Shown here: in pieces, positions 39,230 to 51,851 of the stretch
How positions within the stretch are numbered: the stretch's first letter is position 1
How the letters are laid out: each line of letters starts with the position of its first letter
Source: Stegostoma tigrinum
Taxonomy: Eukaryota
NCBI RefSeq assembly: GCF_030684315.1
Contig: NC_081397.1
Span: 11,308,421-11,372,420, forward strand
Length of the DNA stretch: 64,000 bases
Direction of reading: 5' to 3'
The notes under the pieces: generated by a model
The model's input: the letters and a program-made list of their open reading frames with translations, nothing else
Database searches by the model: none
Told to the model about the DNA's origin: nothing
Position numbers and translations under genes: made by a program

Positions 39230-40075
39230 AGTGTCACTATCAGTTTCTGCTGCAAGATATGAGTTATCCATCTAGCCTGTCAATATGTCTGTTTAGTTAT
39301 CCATTTATATTTCTCATTTTCTGCTCAGTGAGTGTGTGTGAGAGACTGTGTATGTGTGTAGTTACCAATACATAGGTGTCAGATACTGCACTGTTGATAT
39401 GCATGTAGTTATCAAAGTGTACCTGTCAGTTCAAGCTGTATGACATTGGGAGGGTTATTACCAAGTTGTTCCTGTCAGTTTCTGCTTCATGGACACGTGA
39501 AGTTCATAATCAGTACGTACCTGTGAGAATCTGCTTCTGAAATCTGGAGTGTCGTTACATTGAACATTACAGCACAGTACAGGCCCGTCGGCCCTCAATA
39601 GTATGCCAACCTGTCATACCGATCTGACGTCCATCTAACCTACGCTATTCCATGTACGTCCACATGCTAATCCAATTACGACTTAAATGTACCTAAAGTC
39701 GGTGAATCTACTACCATTATCACACTGCACCGCAAAAAAACTGTTAAGTCTGTGGATATTTAAATGCATTTATAAAATTGGACCTGTGAAGTTATGCTGT
39801 GAAACTGGAGTGTTATCAACAATCCGTTCTTCTCTGTTGCTATGATGTGGATATGTAAGCATAGTTATCATTTGGGTACGTGTAGTTTGGTGTGTGAGCA
39901 TAAATATTAATTTGTACATATCAGTTTTCAAATGTGAATTTGAGAATGGTTTTTAGCAAACTTTTTTTCCCCCATATATGAGAGAGTGTCAACCTGTTTT
40001 TTGCCTGTTTCTACAGGGTGAATGATTCAGCAGAGATATCAACACATGCTTGTCAGTTTCTATTTGTCAACACGG
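39230..40075 (+). repeat. degenerate ~47-49 bp tandem repeat array containing a CR1 3' tail (~39555-39715, -)
   Basis: Same unit; paralogous to 15450-16235. Confidence 0.72.
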
Positions 40076-40250
40076 CTGAACTTTGGCAGCCAGTAATATT
40101 CTGTGATGATGCAATTTGTTATGTGGTAGCTGTTATCAGACTGATTTAATGGAGATTAGATTCAGTTTCTGAGTGTATATTTTGGACGAGTATTCAGTCT
40201 GTCCATCTTCAAAAATGGTGTAAATGTCAATGGGATGTGAATGCAGAAAT

Positions 40251-41111
40251 GTGACTTTGTTGACTTGGTCACTGAGCTGGCTTGTTTTTGTTCAGACGTT
40301 TTGCCACCATGCTGGGTGACATCATCAGTGGAGCCTCTGATGATGCAATGTTATTCTCCTCTGCTTGGAATTTGCACTGTCAGGTCTGTTATGCTGAGTA
40401 CTGTCATTTCAGTTTTGATCTATATGGGTTTATACATGGGGTCCAATTCTATGTTTGTGTGGAGAACAATGTCTCTAGGAATTCCTGTACATGTCTATGT
40501 TTGGCTTAGGCTGCTATGGTTAATTTATACAACAAAAATAAAAGGTGCTGGAAAAAGCTCAGGACAGGCAGCATCGGTGAAGGGAAAAACAGAGTTAGCC
40601 TTGCGCGTCCAGTAACCTTTCCTCAGAACCAGTTACTGCTGAGCTGCAGAGCTTTTCGAGCAAGTTTGTTTTTTGTTCCTGATTTACAGCATCCACAGTT
40701 CTTTGTTTTTAAATACGGTTACTTTGTCCCATTTTAACTGATGGCCTTGGTTGTCTCAATGTATCATATTCAGACAATAAAGGCCATCAGGTTAACATGG
40801 GACAAAGTAACCATGGTAGCCCAAGCCAAACACAGACACACAGGAATTCCGATTGGTATGGTTTTCCATGCATACTTCAATCAACAAGATTATAGAATCG
40901 GACCCCATATATGAAAACTCAGACAGATCAAAACCAGAAATGACAGTAGTCACCATAATGGACCATACAGTATAAATTCCACTGGGAGTGGAATAACATT
41001 GACTCATTGGAGGCTCCACTGATGATACCACCGAGCATGGTGATGAACTGTATGAAGAAAAGCAAGCCAGCTCAACTATCCACTATCCGAGCTGCAGATC
41101 TCGCAAAACAC
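40251..41111. mobile_element. Penelope-derived ~860 bp inverted-repeat insertion with 11-bp TSD
   Basis: 40255-40525 is the reverse complement of ~40805-41105. AATGCAGAAAT is duplicated at 40240-40250 and 41112-41122. Secondary insert at 40526-40712. Confidence 0.75.
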
Positions 41112-41293
41112 AATGCAGAAATTTGTTCGAACTGGGCAGGTGTGCATTGTTAATGGTGGAAAAAAAACAAAACTTCTATTTCCTCTGTGTTGTTGGAACA
41201 ACTCTCACTGGAAATTGACCTCAATATGTGTCTGACTCAATCTGCTCTGTGACTGTGGAAAGGATGCTCTCTGCTCTGACAGCGGTAACATAT

Positions 41294-41375
41294 CTTCCAT
41301 TTGTTAGAAGCAGCTGGTCACACTTGGCTTTGTACCGAGGGAATATTACTTTCTCTTCGTCCCTCACGGATTTGC
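41294..41375 (-). other. 82-nt exon homolog (copy C), donor mutated to AT
   Basis: Minus strand: CCTCCAG | 82 nt | ATATGT. Confidence 0.45.
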
Positions 41376-41649
41376 CTGGAGGAAGACAGAAGAAAACCCT
41401 CCTGTAAGTCAACATCAGCCAAGTTCAATGATATTTCATTGATCAATGCAATGTTCAGTTAATAATCATTAGGATATTTAATTTCAAGCCAGGAATCTGA
41501 ACAGAATTAGGTGTTTGATTCCACTCTTGCTCTGAGCTGCTTCTTTGTCTTGTGATTTTTCTTTTTGTTAATTCCATACCAATTGAGTGAAGTCCAGGAA
41601 CAAACTACGTGTCCAGATCCATGAATGGGAGTACACAAAGTGAGTGGGT

Positions 41650-44185
41650 CTGTGGATATGAGTTTATTTGTTGATCTATTCATGTCTCACACATTGGTGA
41701 GCCTTTGTTAAATTACTTATGTATTCACACAGCAGAGACTGACGGGGACCTGTGAGATTCTGCCCTGTGTTTATTTGAGAAGTTATCAAATTGGACTTGA
41801 CTGTGATTTTTTTTCCCCCTTTGTGAATATGAGAATGCCGTTGTAAGTCTTTACCTGATTGTTTGTGTTGTGGGAATGTTCGTGTCAGTGTCTGCAAGGT
41901 GAGTATACTTATCCATCTGTGCCAGTTGTTTTCTGCTATCTGAATGGAAGAGAGCAGGCTTCAGACTTCGCTTCTCAGTTTCTGCTATGTCAACACGCGA
42001 GCTTGGTTTTTCGTCTTTACCTGTCAGTTCCGAGCTTTGCATGTGGGGGTGCAGTTGTTCGCGTAACCTTGAATGTTTCTGCTTGTAAAAATGCAACCAT
42101 ATTCATTCAATCGTAACAGTCATTTTCAGACATGTGAATATGAAAATGTAGTTATCCGTCTGTGATTGTCAGTTTCTGTTCTGTAATTATGAGAGTGTGC
42201 TTTTCAGTGCGTACCAACCAATTTCTGTTGTATGAATGAGATTGTCATTATCAATCTGAACCTTGTCAGTGTCTCCCCAGTGAATATTCTTGTGTCATTA
42301 TCAGGATTATACCTCTAGGTTTCTGCTGTGAATTATTAATTAATTAATTAGTTATTACCTTCTGTCCATCAGTTTCCGGTTTCTAATGTGCGAGTGCATC
42401 TATCAATTTGTATGTGCCAAATTTTGCAATGTGTATTTGTGCATACAGTTATCAATCCGCTCCTGTCAGCATCCTCTGTTTATGAGGGTGCGGTCACCAA
42501 TCTATTCTGTCACTTTTAGCTCAGTGAATTTGAGAGTGTAGTTACCAATCCATAACTGTCAGGTTCAACTCTGTGAATGTGAGCAGAAAAGGTAATAGTC
42601 TAATAGCATTGTCGTTGGACTATTATTCCAGACAGCCAGATATGATTCTGCGACTGCAGTTCAAGTCCCATCATAGCAGATTATTGTTGAATTAAAATTC
42701 AACAATAAACTAAGAGAAAAGTTGAGTGACAATTCTCCACAAAAATAAATCAGGTCCTCTCACATCCTTTTGGGAACCAAGTCTCCCATCCTTCCCTGGT
42801 CTGGCCTACATGTGATCACAGACGCACAGCAATGTGGTTGGCACTGAACTGCCTTCTGTGCATAATTAAGGATAGTCTGTGACACACACATCCCATCAAT
42901 AAATTTTCAAAAAAAAATGTTGGAATGCAGTTATCAATCTGTCTCTTCCAGTCACTGTTTTGTTAATGTGTTGAAAGTTATCATCCTGTATCTGTCAATT
43001 TCTGCAATACCGTATATAATGGCAGTTAACAATTTATCTTGCTTTACAAAGTCACCATGACAGAACTGATCTGTCAGTTTCTGCTAAGAGTGTATTTATC
43101 AAATTGTTCCTGTCAGTTTTTGCTTTGTCAATCTGAGTGCAGTTATGAATCAATACCTGGCAGTTTCTGCAAGGTGAAAGTAAGAGTTCTGTTATGAACA
43201 TACACCATCAGATTCTGCTCTGAAAGTATCAAGAGCAGTTATTGTGCTGACACCATCAACTTCTGCTCTGTAAATCTGAGCGCGGTTATTCATCTGCAGT
43301 TGTCAGTTTCAAGTTTGTGAACGTGAGTAATGAGCATTCTCTCCCCATGTTTCTTTTACGTGAACATGAGTTTAGTTATCATTCTGTCCTTGTGGAGGCT
43401 CGGGAACTTGGGGAAATAAATATGGATGTCTTGAAAACAGTCCACATGACATAACAGGTGGTGTCAGAGGCAGGAAAAAAAACCCAAAAAGGTGGCTGAA
43501 TCACCAGGACCCAGTCAGGTTTTTGTAGATTTTCAGGATATCGGGATTTTGCGGGAAGCTATATTGATAATTTGAACAAATGACATTGTTCTCTTGCTTT
43601 CTTGTAACATTTTGCAGGAAGGATTATCCCATCCCTGTCACATATTACAATACAAATGTGTGGCTATGGTTATCAAATCTGTACACTCAGTTTTTGTCAC
43701 GTGAATGAGAGGGTGCAGTTATCAATCTCAGTTTCTGCAATGATAATGGAAGTGCAATTATCAGTCTCTGTCAGTTTCTGCTGTATCCATAGATGGGTTT
43801 AGTTATTATCAGTACATGTCAGTTTCCGTCACATAAATGTGTGAGTGTTATCAACCTGCCCCTGACAGTTACTGTAATGCAGGTGGGTGACTGTAGTTAT
43901 TAAGCTGTAGCTCTCTGTTACTGCCATGTGAATGAGTGTAGTTGTGCACCTACACATCAGTTGCTGGTGGTCAATGCATGAGTGTAGTTGTCACTTCTAT
44001 ACCTGTTTTGTATTTGCTTGTCAATCTGAGTTTAGTAATCGATCAGTTATTGTCAGATTCTGCTGTGAAAATCTGATAGTTATCAAACTGTACCTGTCAG
44101 TTTAAACAAATATGAAACTGGGAGTTTTATTATTAATCTGATTCTGTCAGTTTTTGCTGTGTGGATATGATAGATTTGTTATCAA
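41650..44185 (+). repeat. long degenerate ~47-49 bp tandem repeat array
   Basis: Dozens of GTCAGTTTCTG..GTGAAT..AGTTATCAAT units, interrupted by a SINE and short inserts. Confidence 0.8.
42590..42905 (+). mobile_element. decayed shark SINE (SacSINE1-like)
   Basis: tRNA-like head (GTTCAAGTCCCA) and CCTGGTCTGGCCTACATGTGA..CACAGCAATGTGGTTG segment. Confidence 0.45.
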
Positions 44186-44187
44186 AA

Positions 44188-45615
44188 GTTCAGGAATAGT
44201 GCCAGATGACTGGAGGATAGCAAATGTGGTTTCCCTGTTCAAGAAGGGGAGTAGAGACAACCCTGGTAATTATAGACCAGTGAGCCTTACCACAGTTGTT
44301 GGTGAAGTGTTGGAAAAGGTTATAAGGGATCGGATTTATACTCTAGAAAAGAATAAATTGATTAGGCATAGTCAGCATGGTTTTGTGAAGGGAAGGTAGT
44401 GCCTCACAAACCTTATTGAGTTCTTTGAGAAGGTGACCAAACAGGTAGATGAGAGTAAACCGGTTGATGTGGTGTTTATCGATTTCAGCAAGGCGTTCGA
44501 TAAGGTTCCCAACAAGAGACTGTTGTACAAAATGCGGAGGAATGGAATTGTGGGAGATATAGCAGTTTGGATCGGAAATTGGCCTGCTGAAAGAAGACAG
44601 AGTGGTAGTTGATGGGAAATGTTCATCCTGGAGAGCAGTTACTAGTGGTGTACGCAAGGGTCGGTGTTGGGTCCACTGCTGTTTGTCATTTTTATAAATG
44701 ACCTGGATGATGGCGTAGAAGAATGGGTTAGTACATTTGCAGACGACACCAAAGGTCGGTGGAGTTGTGGATAGTGACGAAGGATGCTGTAGGTTGCAGA
44801 GTGCCATCGATAAGCTGCAGAGCTGGGCTGAGAGGTGGCAAATGGATTTTAATGCAGACAACTATGAGGTGATGCACTTTGGTAAGAGTAACCAGAAGGC
44901 AAAGTACAGGGCTAATGGTAAAATTCTTAGTAGTGTAGATGAGCAGAGAGATCTTGGTGTCCATGTACACAGATCCTTGAAAGTTGCCACCCAGGTTGAC
45001 AGGGGTGTTACGGCAGCATACAGTGTTTTAGCTTTTATTAATCGAGTGATCGAGTTCCGGAACTAAGAGGTTATGGTGAAGCTGTACAAAACTCTGGTGC
45101 AGCTGCACTTGGAGTATTGTGTACAGTTCTGGTCACCGCATTATAAAAAGGATGTGGAAGCTTTGGAAATAGTGCAGAGGAGATTTACTAGGATGTTGCC
45201 TGATATGGAGGGAAGGTCTTGAGGAAAGACTGAGGGACTTACATTATAGAGAAGGTGGAAAGGTGACTTAAATGAAACATATAAAATAATCAGAGGGTTA
45301 GATAGGGTGGATAGGGAGAGCCTTTTTCCTAGGATGGTGACGGTGAGCACGAGGGGGCATAGCTTTAAATTGAGGGGTGAAAGATATAGGACAGATGTCT
45401 GAGGTAATTTCTTGACTCAGAGAGTAGTAAGGGAATGGAACGCTTTGCCTGCAACGGTAGTAGATTCACCAACTTTGGGTACATTTAAGGCGTCATTGGA
45501 TAAGTATATGGACGTACATGGAATAGTGTAGGTTGGATGGGCTTGAGATCGGTATGACAGGTCGGCACAACATCGAGGGCCAAAGGGCCTGTACTGTGCT
45601 GTAACATTCTATGTT
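44188..45615 (+). mobile_element. CR1 LINE, 5' truncated, same subfamily as 11511-14790
   Basis: Closely matches ~13360-14790 (DWRIANV, NYRPVSLT, 3' tail). Confidence 0.9.
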
Positions 45616-45619
45616 TTGT

Positions 45620-46110
45620 CAGTAACTATCACGTGAATGTCCAAGTCCATTTACCGGTCAGTCCCTGTCAGTTTCAGCTCTGTGTGTCTGAGTGTGCAGT
45701 TATAAATCTGTAACTAGTAGTAGTCTCTGTTACGTGACTATTTCCGGACATTTATCAATCGTTCCCTATCAGCCAGTGAGTGTGCTGTGAATGTGCTTAG
45801 CAATTTGGATTTGCCAGTCCTGGTATTGAAATATAAATAATTTCTCCTTGTCAGTTACTGCTCGGTGTGTTAATGAGTGGAGTTAGAAATCTGTACCTAT
45901 AATGTTGAATGAATACATGAATAAGAGTACAGATGTCAATCTTTCTCCGTCTGTTTCTGCTCTGTGAATATCGAAGTATAGTTATCAATCTGTACATGCC
46001 AGCTGCTGCTTTGTGAATCTCTGAGTTTAGTTATCAGCCCAAGCCTGTCAGTTTCTGCTTTAAGAACGTAGGAGTGCAGTTATCAGCCTGTACCTGTCAG
46101 TTATTGCTCC
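45620..46110 (+). repeat. degenerate ~47-49 bp tandem repeat array
   Basis: AGTTATC-to-AGTTATC spacing of 49 bp at ~45980-46080. Confidence 0.78.
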
Positions 46111-47209
46111 ATGCATTTGTTTTGTGCAATGGATTGTGTAATGTAAAAGCAAAAGGTTTTGTAACTCCAACAGAGCAGAGCAGAGTCTAACTGACAGAAA
46201 TTGTATCAAGGGCTGTTCTTCAAGGTGACATCAGCTTTTCTGAGTACACAGGAACAGAATTTTGTGAATAATGCTGAGGGAATAGATTGATGTGGCATTC
46301 CTTTCTTTGAGTCTAAAGGAAAAAGGCAATCAACAAATCAACTGTATTCAGCTGAATGACCACGAGGTTCCTTCTACAGGGAAGGGTATCGGCTAATTCA
46401 CTTAATTATACTACCATGGATATTACAGAACCCTGCTCTGTTGTGCAATGGCACATGGCATCAGCAATACACTGACAATGCGCTGTCGTGGGGATGAAGA
46501 AAGAAAAAGGACTTGTATTTTCTGTCTTACAGTGGAGAAGATTTAACCTTATTAAATATGGTCGAACTTGGTGAGAAAGTAAAATTTGACAATTACAAGA
46601 TTTAGTTAAATGGATCATTCTTCGTTGCTTTAAATGATGATGACATCACTAACGTGAAGAAATAGCATTCTGTTTTCTTGCGTGTTTCTGGAATATTTCA
46701 TTGGGAGGGACAAGTGACACTGTAGAAAACTGTTTAACTTAGTTGCCAAATTCACTTCAATGCTTCACCCCACCCAAAAAAAAAGAAATTTTGCAAGACA
46801 GACGGAAAATATGGTTTCTATTCCTGAAGGTGAACACATTGAGAATCACGTTGTGATATGGTTGGGGTTGGCAAATCGTATACTGCCATGGCACACTTAT
46901 TGAAATGGAATGCTGGCTGAATGGGATCAGAATTGTAAGGTGCTTGTTTTTGTCTATTTTTTTGTCCTGCAGACTCTCTTGCTTTTCTTAAAACAGAGCT
47001 GTAAACATTTTCTATGTATTTGCTTCTGTTATCTGCAGTGTGGATGACAACAATGTATACCCAGTCTTTGTATGTTATGTGTTGATACAATGAGCATATT
47101 TGGGACTCAGTCAGCAGCTTTGTCTATGTGTCTGCATGTGCTCAGTAGTGATTTGCTCCTTGTCAGACGTGGTTGTTCAAACTATGTAACATGATGTCTT
47201 CCTTTGAGG

Positions 47210-48990
47210 GGGTAACAAGGTGCAGAGCTGGATGAACACAGGAGGTCAGGCAGCAGAGGAGCAGGAGAGCTGACATTTTTGGACTGGACCCTTTTGTCAG
47301 AAATGGGGGAAGAGAAAGGGACTCTGCAATGAATAGAGAGAAGTGAGGAGATGATGATGAAAGGTGGATAAAGGACCAGATAGGTGGAGAGAAGATGGCC
47401 AGTCAAGGAGGCAGGGCTGGAGCCAGTAACGGTAAGTGTAGGGAGGGAGGTCAGATGTGGGTCGAGGGAAGGCTGACAGGTCAAGGAGGCAGGGCTAAGG
47501 TTAGTAGGCCGAAGTGCCAGTGGGGGTTGATCAGTGAGGTGGGAGAAGCAGATTGGTTGAAGAAAAGATGGACAGGTCAAGGAGGCAGGGACATGCTGGA
47601 TGGGTTTGGGGTGGACAGATTTTGAAGCCCTCGTTGAGAACATTGTGCTGCAGGGCTCCCAAGTGAAATATGAGCTGCTGCTCGTGCACCCTTCCGGTGG
47701 CAACGTTGTGGCACTGGAGGCAGCCTGGGATGGATATGTCGTCCAACGAGTGGGAGGGGGTGTTGAAGTGGTTCATGACTGGGGAGGTGCAGTCGTTTGT
47801 CACGACGTGTGCGTAGGTGTTCAACAAAGTGGTTTCCAAGCCTCCGCTTGGTTTCGCCAATGTAGAGGGGGCCACATCGGGAACAGTGGACACAACACAA
47901 TGTATTACTGGACATACAGATGAACATCTGTTTAACATGGAAGGTTTTCTTGGGACCTGGGATGGGGATAAGGGGAGAGATATTGGGGCAGGTGTAGCAC
48001 TTCCTGTGGTTCCAGTGAAATGTGCCAGGGGCGGTGGGGCTATGGGGAGTGTGGAGTGGACGAGGGAGTCAGAGAGAGCAGTCCCTCTGGAAGGTTGATA
48101 GGGTTGGGGAGGGAAAAGTGTCCTTGGGAGTGGGGTGAGATTGAAGATGGCAGAAGTGGCGGAGGAAGACGCGTTGAATCCTGAGTTTGTTGGAGTGATA
48201 CGTGATGACAAAGGAGATTCTGTCTTTGTTGTTATTGTGAAGAGGGTGTCTAAGGGACAAGTTGCAGAAATGAGAGCGATGAGGTCAAGGGCATATTCAG
48301 CCACTGTGGAGTGGAAATGGCAGTCATTGAAAAACAAGGACATCTGCAATGACCGGGATTGGAATGCCTCATCTCGGGAGCAGATGAAACAGAGAGGAAG
48401 GAATTGGGAATAGGGGATGGCATTCTTGCAGGAAGGTAGGGGAGGGGAGGTGTATGCTAGGTAGCTGTGGCAGTCGGTTGGCTTGAATTAGTTACCTGTT
48501 TGTTTGCATTTCCTGAAACTGACTTGTCCAGGAAGGAGAGAGATGTACTTAAGATGGTCCAGGTGAAGTTAAACTTGGGGTGGAAGGTGTTAGTAAAGTG
48601 GATGAACTGTGAGTTCCTTGTGGGAGTACGAGGTGGCACCGATACAGTCATCGAAATAATGGAGGAAGAGGTGGGGGTGGGGCCAGTGTAGCTGCAGAAG
48701 AGGGGCTGGTCCATGTATCCTACAAGAGGCAGGAATAGCTTGGGCCCATGCGGGTACCCGTGGCCACCCAATTTGACTGCAGAAAGTGGGAGCGTGAGAG
48801 ACAGTGTGCATCAACGGGGCAGTCGAGTTTGTGGATTTTGGGGATACGGCAGAAACAGTTAACATGGCGTTGGGGAAAGATGAGGTCAGAGGCTGTTGGC
48901 AGGAGAGTACCTGAGGTGCTGAGGTTGTGGATGGTCTGGGAGATGATATTGTTTTGGCGATTGGAGCAGGGTCATGATCAAAGGGGTGGC
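47210..48990 (-). mobile_element. Penelope-like element (RT + GIY-YIG), decayed
   Basis: FHPKFNFTWT..SFLD and CSRCGPLYIGETKRRLG motifs; terminus near 47210-47300. Confidence 0.85.
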
Positions 48991-49322
48991 AGGAGTCGTC
49001 TCTCTATCCGGTTTGAGATATTATAAAATACCTTTCCTAAATGCAAACTTGATTCAGTTCCTGTTTTCAGTACTTTCAACAAGGAGTCAGCTGTTAACAT
49101 TTCAAACATGATGTGAATGTTAATGGGCTACAAGTGATATTAATTGGAACAAGCATGATGTCAATTGACAATGAAAACAAAAAAATAAACTTGCCTTTCC
49201 TCAGTTGTGCTTGGTTAGTTGTTTCCTTGGACAAGTCTCTGGAAATTGAGCTCAATACAAGTCTGATCCAATCCACTCTGACTATGGAAAAGATATTCTC
49301 CATTCTGATCGCAGGAACATGC

Positions 49323-49394
49323 CTGGTGTTAGTTAGAAGCAACTGCTCACACTTGGCTTTGTAACAAGGAAATATTGTTTCTTCGAGTATTTTC
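49323..49394 (-). other. exon 2 homolog (copy D), 72 nt, GC donor
   Basis: Minus strand: CCTCCAG | 72 nt (10-nt deletion) | GCATGT. Confidence 0.4.
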
Positions 49395-49909
49395 CTGGAG
49401 GAAGACAGAAGAGTTATGTCCAGTAGATCAACATCAGCCAAATTTGACAATATCAATCAGATTAACATATATTCAGTCAACAGTTATTAGGGTGTTTCGT
49501 TTCTTGAACTTCACCTCCCAAAGCAACAGAACTCCAAAATAAACCTGTTGGACCACAGCATAGAATTCTCTTGACACAGTCTTTTCTTTAAAGGGCATCA
49601 ATTCAAACACAAGTCTGATTCCATTCTTACATCGAGCTGCTCCTTGTCTCAGGAATTTTTTTTCAAATATGTAATTCGATACCAACGGAGTGAGATTCAG
49701 AAACTGAGCAATAATTGCAAAGCTCCATCTGAGGTGCGACCTGAAGATGCTGCACTGTTGACACAGCTCATGTTCCCAGATCCCAACACACTGTTGAAGA
49801 GAACGGCAGCCGCTGTTTCAAATGTGTTTTTCCCCCCCGAGACGTATAATCTGTTAACTCCAATCTACGTCCTTTATAGGAAGCCCCACAACTGGCAACT
49901 AACAGCGTG

Positions 49910-50405
49910 AAACAGCAGCCAAACAATGAATTTCCATCAGTGTTTAGAAGACTAAAAGCTACAAGACTGATCCCCAGCAGCAGCTTCTTGCCGCTGTGTC
50001 TCCCTCAGCAGGCCCACACACAGCCCGAGAAAGGCCTCTCTCTCCCCGCCCCCAAGCCGCTCACTCCAAGTTCGGGACCAGTTCCTGCTCCTCTCCGCCT
50101 CTTACCAACAGCCCCCGGTTCTCCCTGAACTGAGCCGCCCTCTGTGCCCCAGACTCAAATCTCGATGCGCTGCTGGAAGGAGCCCGCTGTTTCCTCGCTT
50201 CCCTGGGCGCTCGTCTCTCCATTGCGGCCTGTTTCAAACAAACCTCTTCCACTCACTGAGTCAACACTCCTCAATGCCAGCGCTGGGGGAGGGTCTCACG
50301 CATGCGCTCCTTTCGTCGGCTACCAGCGTCTTGGTGGTTTGGGAGTAAGGAACACGCATGCGCTGCTAACACCAATTGTTTCAAACCGAGCTTGCGCACA
50401 GCGCG
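49910..50405 (-). promoter_or_regulatory. CpG-rich promoter/exon 1 of the repeated module (copy D)
   Basis: ACGCATGCGC at 50298-50307 and 50354-50363; core nearly identical to 24850-25230; first donor mutated to TTGAGT. Confidence 0.5.
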
Positions 50406-50944
50406 GAAAGGACACGGGATCATTGCCTGATCTGTCTGTAACAGGCAGGAGGGAAGCGCGCGGTTTGATACAGCCCAGGCAAACTGATCAACCGGCTGTG
50501 TAACCGTAGTTAATCAATCTTATCAAACATGCCGAATTAAACATCTTCAAAGCGATTAATTGCAAAATCCCTTTTTTGGCACATGTTTATTTCTCCCAGA
50601 TTGTGAGCATTCCGAACACAATTTGTAATTACTGCTGAAATGTCTTTCGCAGGTAAATGGGAGGAATACACCGTTAAAACATCGCCAGAGGTCCTATCAT
50701 CAAAATTAAACAAATTAACATTCCCGGAAGGGTTAATGAGATGCATATACTGCATTATGTAAGATTTGTGTCTGGGCAGAATTACAAGTCGTGGTATCAA
50801 ATAGACAGATGCAGTTCCAGTGACCCTCCCCATGTGAAACCATCCCCATTCTCAGTCTCTGCTCTCGGAAATGTGATATTTAAGTTACTCGAATCAATTC
50901 AAGTTTATGCTGTGTCTGCACTCGGAACCGGGACAGGGATCATT

Positions 50945-51128
50945 TGAGATAGACGGAATTACAGATGCTGGACAATCTGAAATAACAAGGTGTAGAGTCG
51001 GATGGACAGAACGAGCCGAGCAGCACCAGAGAAGCAGGAAGAAGGATCTGGGCCCGAAACGTCAGCTTTCCTGCTCCTCTGATGCTGCTTGGCCTGTTGT
51101 GGTCATCCAGCTCTGCACCATGTTATTT
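50945..51128. mobile_element. Penelope-derived fold-back mini-element with 11-bp TSD
   Basis: CAGGGATCATT is duplicated at 50934-50944 and 51129-51139; the empty site is visible after the other H1 gene (~30861-30896). Confidence 0.75.
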
Positions 51129-51150
51129 CAGGGATCATTCGATCCAGGCT

Positions 51151-51191
51151 CAGCTCTTTGCGGAGAGATGTGGGCGGCTCTGAGAAGAGCC
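51151..51191 (-). terminator. histone 3' stem-loop and HDE
   Basis: Minus strand GGCTCTTCTCAGAGCC (51176-51191), GCCCA, AAAGAGCTG (51151-51159). Confidence 0.92.
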
Positions 51192-51227
51192 TTTGGGTTC
51201 AGTTTGTTACATGTTACACCGACTGCT

Positions 51228-51851
51228 TCATTTCTTTGCTGCTTTCTTGGTCACTTTCGCTTTGGGCTTGGCCTTCGGTTTCCTCGATTTCGGGGCCGGC
51301 TTTGCGGCCTTGGGGCTCTTGGTCTTTATCACCTTCTTCACGGGAGTCTTTTTCTTCGGCCCTGCTTTCTTCGCCGTTTTCTTTGGCGTTGCTGCCTTCT
51401 TGCCGCCCGCTTTCTTGGCTGGGGATGTTTTCGCTGCCACCTTCTTGGCCATTGTTTTCTTCACGGCTGCTTTCTTGGCGGCTGCTGCTGGTCTCGCCTT
51501 CTTTCCCACTTTTGCCTTGACTGGATTCTTTGCGAGTTTGAAGGAGCCGGAGACGCCCTGGCCCTTCACCAGAACCAGGGAGCCTTTCGCCAGGCACCTC
51601 TTGGCAGCCATCCTGATCTGTACATTTTGCTTCTCCACATTGACCCCGCTTCTCTGCAGCGCCTTCTTTATAGCGACCAGAGACGTCCCCTTCCGATCGC
51701 TGTTCTCCCCGACAATCTTCACAATCCGCTCGCCCAACCCGGGACCGGCTGGTTTCTTCCTGGGAGCCGCCGCCTTCTTCTTCTTGGGAGACTTGGGTTT
51801 GGTGCTGGCGGAGGCTGGAGGAGCCGTTTCGGCGGCTGCACTGTCGCTCAT
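51228..51851 (-). CDS. H1: histone H1 (207 aa), paralog of 30156-30779
   Basis: Intact ORF nearly identical to the first H1; H1 box (TGTGTTT at 51998-52004) and stem-loop present. Confidence 0.95.
   Translation of the reverse strand: MSDSAAAETAPPASASTKPKSPKKKKAAAPRKKPAGPGLGERIVKIVGENSDRKGTSLVAIKKALQRSGVNVEKQNVQIRMAAKRCLAKGSLVLVKGQGVSGSFKLAKNPVKAKVGKKARPAAAAKKAAVKKTMAKKVAAKTSPAKKAGGKKAATPKKTAKKAGPKKKTPVKKVIKTKSPKAAKPAPKSRKPKAKPKAKVTKKAAKK

Noticed and set aside
41650-44185. CRISPR array or C2H2 zinc-finger array as the origin of the tandem repeat
   Set aside because: No identical repeats with unique spacers, eukaryotic context, and a period of 47-49 bp rather than 84 bp with no HTGEKP linker frame.
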